A stretch of 63,645 bases of DNA, the filler included, from Conidiobolus incongruus B7586 (taxonomy: Eukaryota), in NCBI GenBank assembly GCA_000697335.1. It is 7 parts of 7 records of this genome, joined end to end, with 100 filler letters (N's around TTAATTAATTAA, not from the genome) between each part and the next. Parts side by side here need not be neighbours in the genome. Positions count along the whole stretch, not along the records: positions 26,513 to 32,767 come from JNEM01006527.1; positions 32,868 to 51,073 come from JNEM01006528.1; 5 more parts are not named here. One strand, written 5' to 3'. The notes under the pieces are model-generated. The model saw only the letters and a list, made by a program, of their open reading frames with translations, had not been told where the DNA came from and made no database searches. Every line of letters begins with the position of its first letter. The stretch's first letter is position 1. The translations under genes were made by a program, and so were the position numbers. This document shows positions 27,024 to 40,331 of the stretch, piece after piece.

Positions 27024-30000
27024 TAATAGCAATAATTAAAAAAATTTAAAAGTACTCTTATTGCTATAGTTGAAGATTTTATAATTATAACTTATTATTC
27101 TATATATAACTAAAATAAAATAAACACTTAAAGTTTTAGTAATAATAATTATTATTCTATTAGTTAATAAGATTTCATTAATATTGATAGTATCTTTATT
27201 AAATATAGATTGAAATTAAAGTAAACTTAGTAAATTAACTATATACAATAAATAATAGCTGAATTAAATAGTTATAAAATTCTATTATTTATTTTAAAAA
27301 GCTTTAACAAAGTTGAGTTTTTTGTAAATAACTTAATTACTTATAATAGCTTAAAATCTCTTGAAAAACTAGAAGAATTTTTAAACAAACTAACTAAATT
27401 CTTTAAAGAAATCAAAACTCTAAATTTATATAATTTAGTAAAAATTTTAACTTTTAAATTAACCTCTTATGTTAAACTCTAGTAGTATATACACTTAAAA
27501 AACACACTTAATCTTACTAGTAGTTTTTTTCATCCTAATAAAATCTAAACATTTAACTAATTTAAATAAGCAATTAAATAAAGGTTTTACCTATTAAATA
27601 TAGTTATTCTAGTTTAAAATAAGCTAGCAAAGATTATTTAAAATCTTTAGTTAGAAATTTTATAAAAGAATTTACCTAGCTTAAATTAATGATTTTTAAA
27701 TTATCTAAAAGTGAAAAGAAAAATAAGTTTAAGAAAAAACTTAAGCTTAATATTTTTATAGTTGTCTACTCTAAGATTAATATAAAAACAGCTAGTTTTG
27801 CTATTTTAACTAAAATAGCTATTAAGATAAAAGATGATTAGAATTATATTAAAAAAATAAATAAGAGTTTTTATACAAACTTTAATAGTTCTTTATTTAA
27901 ATCATCTAATCCTAATATTATAAATATATCTGTGATATAGAAAAAAGAGTATCTAACTATAAAAAAAATTATACTTTAGAAAAAATAAAAAATACTTTTA
28001 TTATAAATAAATTAATATAGATTATCATTAGAATAAATATCTTAAGAAGTTATTTAATAGTAGATACTTTAGTAATATAGTTTTAAAAAATAATATTCAA
28101 GTAAATAATAAAAAAAGTAATTAACAGATTAATAATTAATTTAGTTTAAATTTAACCTAATGTGGTTAAAATAATAAAGAGAAATCTTTGTTAAAAATTC
28201 TTTATAATGAACATTTAAAATTATATTTAAATGATTAAAAATTATTTTAAAATTTTTTAGAGAAGAAGAGTAATATCTATTTAAACCTTGATTTATTAAA
28301 TTTTAATAAAAATAAATTATGTTCCTTGTAAATCTTTAAAGATATTTTAAATAAACACCTTATTTTTTTCTTATTTAACTTTAAATATAATAGTATACTT
28401 ATTAATAAAAATATTGTTAAGAGATTTAAACTATCTTATAATTAAATAAATATAATATTAAATTATACAAATAATACTTAATAAACTATTAAAAGATTTT
28501 TATATTGTAATATTTTATTAACAATAAGTTATTTTAAAAAAATCTAATTTATAATAAGTTTTATAAAATAAAACACTATTATAAGTTTTAGTTGGTTTTA
28601 AAAGTATTATCTAATTATCATAAATAAAAGTTTGTTTAATGAGTATATTTTTTTGTTTTACTATAATAATTTAAGTTATAAATTAATAACTAATTTTATT
28701 ATAGAAGAAGGTACTAATAATATTTTTTTTAATATTATAATAATTTCAAGAATATCTTTTGTAAATTTAATTAAGAAGTTAAAAAATTAATCTAATGTAA
28801 TTTATATCAACTTTAACACTATCTCTACTTTTTTAAAAAATCTAAAAGATGCTTTAAATATTAAAAATTTATTGTATAAGGTTATTAATAAATACAGAAA
28901 TATTTTTAAAATTTTAATTATTTTATCATTAAAAAAAATATATCCTATAAAATTAAACTATTATCTAACACTTAACTTTATCATAAATTACTTTATTATA
29001 TTTCTTTTAAATAGTGTAAAATTCTTTGTAAAGAAATAAATAAGCTATTAGAATTAAGTTTTATATAACTTTCTATAAACTTTTAAAGTTTGCTAGTTTT
29101 TTTTGTTAAAAAATTTAATAAAGGTTGGTGATTTTATATTGATAATAAAGTTTTTAATAGTAAAATAATTAAAGATAAAACTTTTTTACCTAATTTAAAT
29201 AAAATTAGAGATAGATTTATAAGTATAAACTACTTTACTAAAATAAATTTTAAGAATAGTTATTATAATATTTTAGTTGATAAATAATATATCTTTTTAA
29301 TTGCTTTTAATTATATATTAAAATATTATAAGTTTAAAGTTATAAATTTTAAACTTTATAACATACCTGCTATATTTATAAAACTTATAAATAGTTTATT
29401 TAGCAAGTATTATAATAATTTTATTTTGTGCTACTTAAATAATATTTTAGTGTATTCAAAAACTTTAGATGATTATATTTTATATATAGAGATTATCCTA
29501 CAGATATTTAGCTAAAATTAGTTGCTAGTAAAATTCTCTAAATATGTTTTTATTGCTTTATCTATTTTATTTTATAATTACATTATCTTTTCTAAAAGAA
29601 TTTTTATTTACTTAATAAAACTTTAAAAATTATATAATATTATAATCTTTGCTAATAAATATTAAGTAATAACTTTTCTAAAATTAGTTATATATTTTAA
29701 AAACTATATTCTTATATTTGTTAAGTTTATTAAATTTTATCTAACTTATTAAAAAAGGATAAACTATTTACTTAAACCTTTAATGAAATTTTTTCTTTTT
29801 ATATACTAATTTACAAAATTGCTAAAGCTTTAATATTTGCTATATTTAACCTTAAATTACTAATAATTATATTTATAAATGTGTCTATCTATACTATAAG
29901 TAATTAAATAGTATAAAGCAAAATTATTAAAGATTTTAAAATGTATAACTATTTTAAAACTTTAAAAAGGGTAATTAAACACTAAAAGGTTTTTAAATAT

Positions 30001-31877
30001 TTAAATTTAAAACCTTTAATATTTTCATTGAGAAAATTAATACCTATTAAACAAAATTATCATATACATAAGTAAAAAATGCTTACATTAGTAGAAATCA
30101 TAAAAAAGTTTAGTCTTTAGTTGTTTTATTAAGAGTTTTTATGCTTAATCAATAATAAATTATTAATTTACTTAAATTCACAAAGTATTATCTAAAAAAT
30201 AAATTAGATAGATAAAAACTATCCAAGAGTATTAATTCTTAATTAAATATTTTCTTAGTAAGTAAAATAAAGTTATAGATATATTGAGTAGAAACTTAAT
30301 TTATAAACTAGTATATAATAAATATAAAAAACTAATTAAAATTAGTTTAATAATTATTAACTTAAATAATAAAAACTTTAATCAGACTTTAAAAGAAAAA
30401 CTATAATATAATAACTTTTATTTGATAATTAAAGCTAAAATAGAAGAGAATAATAAGAAAAAACTTTCTAAATATAAAAGATTTTAAATATTAAATGGTT
30501 TGTTATATAAATATAATAAATTATATATTTTAAAAATCCTTAACCTCTAATTAATAATTTTAAAATAATATTATAATTATAAATTAAATAGACATTAAAG
30601 TTATATTTAACTTATTGATAAAATTCAAGTAAAATATTAAATACTAAAATTAATTAAGTTGGTAAGAAGTTACTACAAATTTTATAATAGTTGTTAAAAA
30701 AATAAGTATAATATAAAAGAAATAGTTGGTGAATTAAATTCTTTATCTTTATTATTTAAACCTTAAGCTTAAATACAACTCAACTTTATAAAAATACCTA
30801 AGTTAAAAAAGGGCTATGATAATATTTTAATAGTTGTTAATTTATACAATAGATTTACTTATTTTTTTATAAAATAGTTATAATGTTTAAAATAACTAAC
30901 TTGTTAATTAAGAAAGTAATTTTATTATATAAATTACCTATTACTATTATTACTAATAGAGATTTAAATTAACTTTAAAATTCTAGAAAACTTTTATATA
31001 ACATATAAATATTAATATAAAGCTTAATATCATTCACTATTATTAATTAAATAAATTAGTTAAAAAAGTTATTAAAGCTTTAAAAAAGATGGTTAGAAAT
31101 TATATTAACTTTAATTAAGATAATTAAGAATCTTTCTTACTTTATTTATAATTTACTTATAATAATTTAATTAATTAATTTAGTAATTTAACTCCTTATT
31201 TTATAAATTATAAATAATATCCTAACTTATTGATTAGTTTTAACTTAGATATTATTACTAATAAGTTTATTATGGATAAATTAGTAAGATTTAAATTAAT
31301 CCACCAAATAATTTTAGAATTAACTAAATTGAAACAAATATACATTGAAAATTATTATTTAAAATTCTATAAAACTCTATTTAAATATAAATCTAAGTCC
31401 CTAGTCTTTTTAAATACAATAGATATATTTTTCACCAAGTAAATATCTAGAAACAACATAAATCAAAAGCTTTTATTATGTTAGATTAAACTATTCTATA
31501 TTTTTAAAACAAGCTCTAAACTTAGAATTTTTAAATTAAAGTTATTAAAAACTTATAAATATTATTTAGTCTTTTATACCTTACTATTAAAAGTATACTA
31601 TTATCTCAAAAACAAGTTTCTTAATTAAAATTTTGAAGAACTTCTATTACCTATTATTAAAAATTAAGGGGATAAAGATATTATATTAATAAAATTTTTA
31701 CATATAAAATAAAATATAGAAAACTTTATTATTTTATAAAATGGTTAGGCTATCTTAATTTTAAGTTAATTTAAAAACCACTTGAAATAATTAAAGATAC
31801 TTATATTTATTTATCTTATATCAAAAAGATTAAAAAGAATAAAACCATATTAATAGCTTAATATAGTTTAAAAGGGG

Positions 31878-32251
31878 TATAAGTATTATAACAATTACTT
31901 TTTAATTAATACTTTTCCTTATTTTAATTTATTACTAAAAACTTAATTATCTAAATTAGATCTTATTAATATTTTATAAATCTTTATATCTAAGTAACCT
32001 TATTATTACTTAACCTTATATATTTATGTGTATATATTCTACTTATCTATAAAAAAGACTCAGATCTTTCTCTCTAGTTAAAACTTTAGCTTACATTACT
32101 TTTTACACAAATAAACCTTTTACCTAACTATTAATATATTTTCTATTATTATTAGTTAATATTTTAATACTAAAGGATTTAATTATCATATATTTCTTAA
32201 AATATTAAAAAACCTACTTCTTTTATCTTTAACTATTATTATTCACTTACA
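31878..32251 (+). repeat. 3' LTR of the Gypsy element
   Basis: Follows the PPT, ends in …TTACA, followed by TSD ATTAT. Confidence 0.9.
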
Positions 32252-32767
32252 ATTATAGTTTAAAGAAATATATTATCTTTAGATATAAAGTATTTTTATA
32301 AGGTTAATAGAAAAATTAATATTGAGATATTAAAATATTTTAAATAATAAATTAAAAAAATATTAAATAATATAAGCTAAGTAAATTAAATATAATTTTT
32401 TAGTAAAATAATACTTTTTTTTATATTATAAACTTTATTATCAAATGGCTTAAAAATAACAAAATAATTATTATAAAATAACCTTTTTAATTTTTTAATT
32501 TTAACTTAATTAAATATCTTAAAGATTAACCAAAAGAATTAATTAAATTAATTCCCCCTAATAAAAAATTTAAATTAATTTTAAAAATATATTTAAGAAG
32601 CAAAAATAATATTAATCTTATTTAATATAAAAATTTAATTAACTTTATACCTTATAAATATAAAGAGGTTAAAAAAGCAAAAAATAAATATATTCAATAT
32701 TAATTTTTCTATTATTATTAAAACTTATAAATTTTTAACTTATTTTAAATATATTTTTAATTTTATA
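32252..32767 (+). mobile_element. Tc1-like (DD34E) transposase relic, right part
   Basis: Homologous to the reverse complement of ~58830-59270 and ~62910-63250; restorable to FQQDN…H and WPPQSPD.NPIE motifs. Confidence 0.75.
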
Positions 32768-33645
32768 NNNNNNNNNNNNNNNNNNNNNNNNNNNNNNNNN
32801 NNNNNNNNNNNTTAATTAATTAANNNNNNNNNNNNNNNNNNNNNNNNNNNNNNNNNNNNNNNNNNNNTTTATTATTAATTAAATTTATTAAATATAAAAT
32901 AATAAATAACTTAATAATATACAATATTTAAAAATAATACAAATATTATCAAATAGACAAATCTATTTGGTTTTTAGTATTTTTTTTTTATAAATTTCAA
33001 TATATTTATACTAAATCATTATTAAATAATTAAAATTAATATTATAGATTAAATTTTATCCAATCAAAATTAATTTTAAATTTTTAAATTAAGCAAGTAT
33101 CTTATTTCAAACAATATATTTATTATTTACTTTTGAGATTTTTGATCCATTTGGGTAGAGGTTATAAATATTTATTTTTTTTAATAATTTAACCATTTCT
33201 GTTTAATCATAAAATATTTAACCTATTAACAGATAAAATTTTCATTTATTAAAAATATATAAATTAATTCATAATTTTAAATTCTTGTAGCTTAATCCTA
33301 AAACTTTTGATATTATCATCAGAGTTAACAATCTTGTTATTTTTATTTGATAGCTTTCAATCATGATATAACTAGAATTTTGCTTGTTAAACAGAAATAT
33401 AAACAAACTTTATTCTGTTAAAGTTCGATTATTAGCATTTATTTAAAAAATAGATGTATCAATCGATGATTTAACATCATTATATTCAAATAACTTGATT
33501 TTGTTATTTTTTTGTATCCTTAAAAATAATTAACATTTGACAGTGCATTATAAATTGTATTGATTAATACAATCAATTAAAGATAGGCATTTAGATTGAA
33601 TATTTATTTTAACTCTTATTTAATTGAATATAATAATTAATGAGA

Positions 33646-34320
33646 TTAATTTTTCAATAATTTAGAAATTCTGTTCTTACTAAATATTTCAAGACCTAAT
33701 CCTCTCACTCTAATTTTCATATTTTTATCCTCGGTAATGAGTGCAATAAATTTATCTGGATCATGAACTGCTAAATTATGACACAGTTCAAGGATTCCAC
33801 CGCTAATAGAGTGTTATCTCTGATCCTGAGGTAGTTGTTCCACAGCAAAGTCCAGATGATAAACTGGATTCCCTTTAACAGTCAAGATTTTGATATTCTT
33901 GGGAGCCCCAGGCGGAGTGTATAAATAATTGAGAAGAGATAGAATTTAAATACATTTGGAAAAAGTGTTGCAATCGAGTGATAATCTTTTGAGTTTGCTA
34001 ATTGCTAAATAAAATTAGTGAAAATCAATTAAATAATTAGTCTAATAGAATATTACCAACAGTACGAAATATGATTTTTAAATTATAATGATTAATCAAC
34101 TTTTCGAGAAATGAAAATTGATTAATGATAAAAATTGGTATCAAATACTAAATTAACTTCGTCTGGATTTGATTTATCAAAGTTTTCCTTTAAAATTGAA
34201 TCTGTTTGAAAATATACATTCAATGCTGTTATTTGCTTTTTTAGCTCTAAAATGGTGTCATTCAAGAATTGAGGCGAAGCGGGGGAAGAATCCTTATTAT
34301 TCTTTTGTATTAATTATACA
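33646..34320 (-). pseudogene. Decayed PIN-domain nuclease gene fragment (SMG6/Est1/Swt1-type PIN)
   Basis: LVFDTNF (frameshift follows), intron, ISKLKRLS, LTVKGN…FAVEQL, ILELC, ALITEDKNMKIRVRGLGL; in-frame stops. Confidence 0.75.
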
Positions 34321-35093
34321 TATATAATCATTAATTATGGTTGTAAAACACTATTATTTTTGCCAATACAGTTATTTAATAAATAATCAATATGGAATCT
34401 AAATATATTTAATTGTAATATTAATATAAGTTTAGAGTTAATGATGATAAATTATTTAATTTTTAGTTCATCCAAGGTATACCAATTTATAAAGTTGAAT
34501 GATTTTCTCTAAATCTTTTTAGTTTATTATGATATTTTATCGAATATCTACTTCCATTACCTTAAAATGTAATTAAAAAAATTGAAATTCCTCACTAATC
34601 AATTTTTATATTCCAAGAAATTCATTTGTATTTAAAAAATCAATATATTTTAGAATCTTTAAGAGAAAAAATCAACTTAAAGAATTCAGCAGCTTTATGC
34701 CTTTGATATTGTTCTATGATGTGAGTAATAGTCCCTAAGTAACTTAACTAAATATAATATAAACTACACGAATGCAGAAATTCAATTGTAAGAAATAATA
34801 TATGTGATCATTTTGTTGATTCAGTAAGCTATCAATGGACTATAAATAAAAAACCTAATAGAAAAAAATAATTGGCTTATATGTGTTTTGGTAGAATTTA
34901 GCAGGATATTAATTCAGTTGATATATACTTGGTATTATTCATAATGGGGAATTTTCTATAATAATGATTTTAAACTATGATTTATAAATGACCAAATTAT
35001 TGAGTATTATAATAATATGGAATACTGATAATATTAAGTTTGGATAATACACAAATTTTTGAATAATTAACTATTATATTGAAATTAAAATAC

Positions 35094-35425
35094 TGTTGTG
35101 GATCGGGAGGTCCGCTCGCCATTCAACTTAACCGTCTGTCATGATTCCGAATGTAATCCACTGACAAATACCAGGCACAATCCTTGCACAATAAAAAGTT
35201 CCAGACTATAACAGTAATTGGAGTTTCAACACATTGGCAAAGGACTAATCACACTATAAAATAGTCACTGGGCACCTATTCGCTCAAGGATCATCCCGAT
35301 CAAGGCCAAGCACTACACCTTGATATTTTAATAAAACCATTTAAAGTATCTCGTTAGTTGTCCTTGACTCGTTTTATCGAATCTACGTGATCTTTATTTC
35401 AAGTTTACTTTCTAGAAGACATGCA
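35094..35425 (+). mobile_element. Probable solo LTR (332 bp)
   Basis: GC-richer island starting TGT and ending CA, flanked by ATAC on both sides (35090-35093, 35426-35429), with internal TATAAA (~35255) and AATAAA (~35330). Confidence 0.5.
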
Positions 35426-35544
35426 ATACTATCATTTATTGTATGTATTTAGAGTAGGATAATAAGTGTTTTCAACATTATGCTCTTGTATTAAATAACA
35501 AACGTCGAAATCATATATCATTATGTTTACAGACAGAAAAGTAT

Positions 35545-35976
35545 CTAGCAGGGTTTAAGTCCTGTCGATCTCACAATTCCCTTGCATTCTCCAAGTTTGC
35601 AAGGATGATTGGCGAAAGTTGTTATCTGTTTTAAAACCGCATCCGTATCCTGCATATACAATCCACATTGACAGCATAATCCTTCAACTTTGAGATTATA
35701 TTTGTTTTCAACAATACACTGACAAGTTTCTTCTTTCATTGAATTCGCCAAAAATGGACATCCGAATGTTCCCTTTCTGTGACATGCATTTATCACTGCG
35801 CTACATAGAAACGATCTTGTATGATTAGGAGCTTTGAGTGCTTTAATTGCATCTGCTGTTGCAAAGTCAACTACTATCTCAACCGGATTTATTGGAAGAA
35901 TACTGTGACTCTCATCAGTGCTCTTTTGTTGATAAGTTATCAATCTTATCAATAAAAATAGAATTCTGATAATCAT
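35545..35976 (-). CDS. Small secreted cysteine-rich protein (143 aa)
   Basis: Hydrophobic N-terminus MIIRILFLLIRLITY; 11 Cys in the C-terminal ~90 aa; intact ORF in AT-rich surroundings. Confidence 0.7.
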   Translation of the reverse strand: MIIRILFLLIRLITYQQKSTDESHSILPINPVEIVVDFATADAIKALKAPNHTRSFLCSAVINACHRKGTFGCPFLANSMKEETCQCIVENKYNLKVEGLCCQCGLYMQDTDAVLKQITTFANHPCKLGECKGIVRSTGLKPC

Positions 35977-37767
35977 TGTATAAATATTATTCTTACGTTA
36001 AAAAGACAAAAGGATATTTAATTTGATCGAGATTAAATAGTGGTATATATATTTCAAATCAATTCTTTTAATTATTGAAATTTACACATGTCAAATTTCC
36101 CAAAAAGGATCTATCAACATATATCATCACGGGTTCTACTCATTATGGCGCTAACCTAAAAATACTAAATTTTGAAGTTCATATATTTAAAACAATAAAT
36201 TCCTATGATATTCATAGGATCTATACCTTGGATATATATAAAATTTTATCAGGAATCCATGTCTCTACTTATTAAATTAAAACAAATATCATATATTTAT
36301 ATATTCTATTTGACCCAACTCTGTGTAATAAAGGCCATAAATTCAAATATATCAGGACAATGTATTTCAGAAAAGTCTAAGTGATGTGAACAATATCCCG
36401 AAATAGAATAAAAGAAATTCTTTGGAGTGTTATTTAAGAAAATGGATTATTATTTGCTTTAACTTCAAATCTATTAGGTTGTTCTCCAATCTGCATCTAT
36501 CCTTTTGTTTTAATCTCCATAAATTATGATATTTGAGACTTTCAAAACCAAAAAAAGTTTAAAATATTTTAATTTCTAGTTATATTTTTACACTTGTATC
36601 ATCATAATACAACTGACTTCCATATAAAATTTCTTTAATTTACAAACCATATTGATTTAAAATATAATAGATAACAGTAATAATTATCGATTTATATTGT
36701 TTTATGATAATCATTCTCAATATCAAATATATTAATTCAATCTATTTAATATTATATTTTGCATTCATTTATGAGTAACATTTCATCAATATATAATGTT
36801 GTTTTTGAATACATGGAATTCTATATTTCTCCTATAATACACTAAACTATACATATTTATAATATTTATAATATTTGATTGATTCATTGATAAAATTATA
36901 TGATTATATCAATTCATAAATATTTATATCAAAAATAAAATATTGAAATATTTATTTTTTTAAATTAATAGCAATTGATATTATTTGAATGTGATCCTAT
37001 CAATCCTAATTACTGCAGTCTTGAGTATAAATTTCAGGGTAAAAATAATTGTATTATATATTTAATTCATATAAGTTATTGTAACTAAAAAAAATTTAGA
37101 TACAAATTTCATTAACTATTGTTATTCATGTTAATGAAATTGAAATATACTAATTGAATAAATATATTGAAATTACAGAGTTATCAAAAGTTATTCAATG
37201 GTAACCTACAAGAATGGAATTATCAAAATATTGTATAATATATTAATTATATAAACTATCCCTTTTCGACTTATCCACGTATATTAATGTCAATGTCAAT
37301 TTCACTCAATTTTTAGCGATATTAATTTTTTGAAGGTTGCTTCAATTAACCTGAGGTTACAACTGTATTTTCTCTAGTCCTTTTCTTCAATCAGAATTAG
37401 TTTTATTTGTGTTATTGGGGTGCCTTGCCTGTGATCGCTCTGAAACCGATACCCTGTCCTTGCATGCATTTCCCAAATTTTGCGAAAAATTGTTCTAGTG
37501 CCATTAGTTTGTGTGAGCGCACCATGTTTTATGGAAGAAGCTTTAGCCTAAGTTACTAGACTTTATAATAAATTCGAAAAAATTATCTGTACACGAAAGG
37601 TTTAATATTAGTTTATTTTGCGATTTAACCAAAATTTTAAACACTGCATTGTTTATTATGAATATGATTTTTATAGTTAATTTACTTTAGTAATCTTACT
37701 ATCTTTCATACACTTAAATTTCAGAATAGAATAATATAAATTATATGGATATTATAGTATAAATTAA

Positions 37768-37802
<35 letters not shown>

Positions 37803-38707
37803 AATTTTTACATATATTGAAGAAAGTAAATTTTTTGAAGTTATATTCACATTTTCGCACTGAAAAAAGTATAGCTTGGATCAAATACGTTATAAGCCAT
37901 ATTTGATAGGATTATAATAATTTTTAATTGATAAATTTTTTTGTGGTTTTTTATTAGCCCGAAATGAGTGTGTGTTTAAATTAAATTTCCATATCTCAGA
38001 TATTTAATGACATCTATGACTTATGTAATTGATATATAGATGAGCTATATCAGGCAAGATAGCTTAATATTTCAATTTTTTACTATTTTCATTTTTCTAA
38101 TCCCCACTATAAATTTTGTTAAACTGGTTTTTAGGTTGATAAGTGTCGGCAATAACGGATAAAATTCTTTACTATTAAGTGAAATAATATACAAAATTTT
38201 AGCTCAACTTATATATATATATATAGGAGGACTACCATAAGGGTAAATGATTAATGATTTTCGGTCTAAATAACTGATGTTGTATTGAACTCAGTTAATA
38301 TTAATATTTTTTTCAATCAAAATTTAATATAAATCAATAAGTTACAAAATGTAATAATTTAATATTAATTAATAGTTATACAATTAAAATAAAGCATTAT
38401 ATCATAAATTTCATCACAATTGAATAAAAGGATAAATTAAGGATTATTATAAATGTGAGATATTGTTTATATCAAGTCAATCAAAGGAAATTAAGATAAT
38501 AAATTCATTATGATAATGTTGAGTTTAAATATAATGAACTTAAAGTTTTGATGAGATTGTATATAAAGGTAAAGTGAAATGAAATGAAAATCATAAAATT
38601 TATTAAATCAAAAATAAAAATACTAATAAAACAGTGTGAGAACATAACAAAATTAAATGTCAATCTCAAATATATGGAAAGTTAGGTTAATATAAGATAC
38701 ATAGTAT

Positions 38708-39259
38708 TTACTTGGATATTCTGGTCGATCTTCTGGGTTTCGACGTATCGTTCTCTTGATTTTGGTCGTTGTCAAGTTTAGCTTTCTTAGCGGGTTGCAT
38801 TTTGGTACTCTTCCTCTTATTATTTTTGTTAGTATCTTCGGATTCTTCCTTGATTTCATCATCCTGCTGTTCTTCTGAGTCCAACTCCTCAGAATGACAG
38901 GGTACTACTGGTTTAGGAATTTGAGGATCTGGAATAGGCGTCTTTCCAGAAGATTGTCTAGGTCCAACATACTTGCGAAACATTAAGGACTGAGGTTCCG
39001 GTTCAAACAGTTGCCAATGTTCCCAGCTATCTGACATAATAATGCCAACGGACTGCCACTGTCTAGTGGTTAACAGGGTTTTAGAAGGTAAGTATTTCAA
39101 AAGTTTCTTAGGAACGGATACGATTCTATAATTCCAATCGCCGTGTGTATAGTAGGGAGAGTAATTAATATCCATTATTAATTCATTGGGAATGTCTTTT
39201 TTGATTAATTTTTTATTCTTGTATTCGTTTATCATAGCTTCATACTCTTCATCTGTCAT
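38708..39259 (-). CDS. Divergent CDK regulatory subunit (Cks1/Suc1 family) with acidic/basic C-terminal tail
   Basis: INYSPYY…YRIVSVPK…LLTTRQWQSVGIIMSDSWEHW…EPEPQSLMFRK follows the Cks pattern; intronless. Confidence 0.85.
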   Translation of the reverse strand: MTDEEYEAMINEYKNKKLIKKDIPNELIMDINYSPYYTHGDWNYRIVSVPKKLLKYLPSKTLLTTRQWQSVGIIMSDSWEHWQLFEPEPQSLMFRKYVGPRQSSGKTPIPDPQIPKPVVPCHSEELDSEEQQDDEIKEESEDTNKNNKRKSTKMQPAKKAKLDNDQNQENDTSKPRRSTRISK

Positions 39260-39416
39260 TGTGAATATCTGGTTTTGATAATTAACTATTAAGATTAAAT
39301 AATGTGAATAGTTATGATTTCAATTTTTAGTGACAGTTATTTTTTGATGATAATGATTTTGATTTAAATTTCAAATTAATATGAGTAAATATATAGATTC
39401 TAATTTGAGGAATTTA

Positions 39417-39425
39417 TTATGGGAT
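39417..39425 (-). promoter_or_regulatory. ATCCCATAA promoter motif (CKS1-like)
   Basis: TTATGGGAT on +, about 158 bp before minus-strand ATG 39259. Confidence 0.5.
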
Positions 39426-39470
39426 AATATTTAATTTTATCCTTTAATTTAAAATTATCAAAATTAAAAT

Positions 39471-39472
<2 letters not shown>

Positions 39473-39514
<42 letters not shown>
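39473..39514. repeat. (TAA)n microsatellite
   Basis: Direct reading. Confidence 0.9.
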
Positions 39515-39516
<2 letters not shown>

Positions 39517-40331
39517 CTATACCTGAAATTAAAATGAAATGTCCATATCTAATACAGAAGTAATTATATATTTAGCTATAAATGATATTCAGGTAAATTT
39601 ACAGTTACATCTTAAAACATGCGCTATCTCAGCATAAATATATAGTATATTGTTAGATTATATCATCAATTCGAGTTATATTAAGTTCAGGTGAAATTCT
39701 AAAGTACATTTAATGTTAATAATGTGTTTTTTTTGAATAATCACTAATAACCTATTTAAGAAATGGTATTTTTGAATTTTCTGATAATATGGATACATTA
39801 TCTGTAATAATCATTATCAATTTATCATATTTCAAATGTGAATATCGATAATATATTATTGTGTTAATATCGTAAAATCCAATTAATAAATTAATATATC
39901 CAAATATCTTATATGAGTAATAAAATGTTTTTTGGAAGGAAAATCTATTATAACTTTAACAATATTCAAAAACATTGATATTATTTTAAAATCCCTTGGT
40001 ACAATATTGAATTTGCAATTTTCTTTAAATATATTATAGTTCATTTTTTAAAATTAATATATAGTTCTATAGTGTAAAGCTTGATAAATATTAATTAATG
40101 TTTCTAATGCCTGGTTGAAAATTAAATAAATCCAAGTAACTTGGCGCCAATTTCAAGTCTATACTCACTTATAAAAATCCCCAATAATTAAAATAATTTA
40201 ATCATTATGAGAAAAAAGGGCTGAATCAATTACGAATTTATCTATAAATTTGAGTAGTGATATCATTTAATCATTCATTCTCTTTAAGCCATTCATAATT
40301 ATAATAGTTCAATTTTTTAATCAGATAGAAT

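Larger units (their letters stand above)
26650..32251 (+). mobile_element. Full-length but inactivated Ty3/Gypsy chromovirus LTR retrotransposon
   Basis: 374-bp LTRs at both ends, ATTAT TSD (26645-26649 and 32252-32256), PPT AAAAGGGG at 31870-31877, eroded RT (VFFVKKFNKGW*FYID, CYLNNILVYS = YLDD) at ~29090-29460, chromodomain YYFIKWLGY at ~31725-31755. Confidence 0.93.

Noticed and set aside
31230..31442. 70-aa ORF
   Set aside because: Chance open stretch in the mutated Gypsy integrase region.
37380..37620. GC-richer island
   Set aside because: No convincing frame, termini or RNA structure could be assigned by eye.
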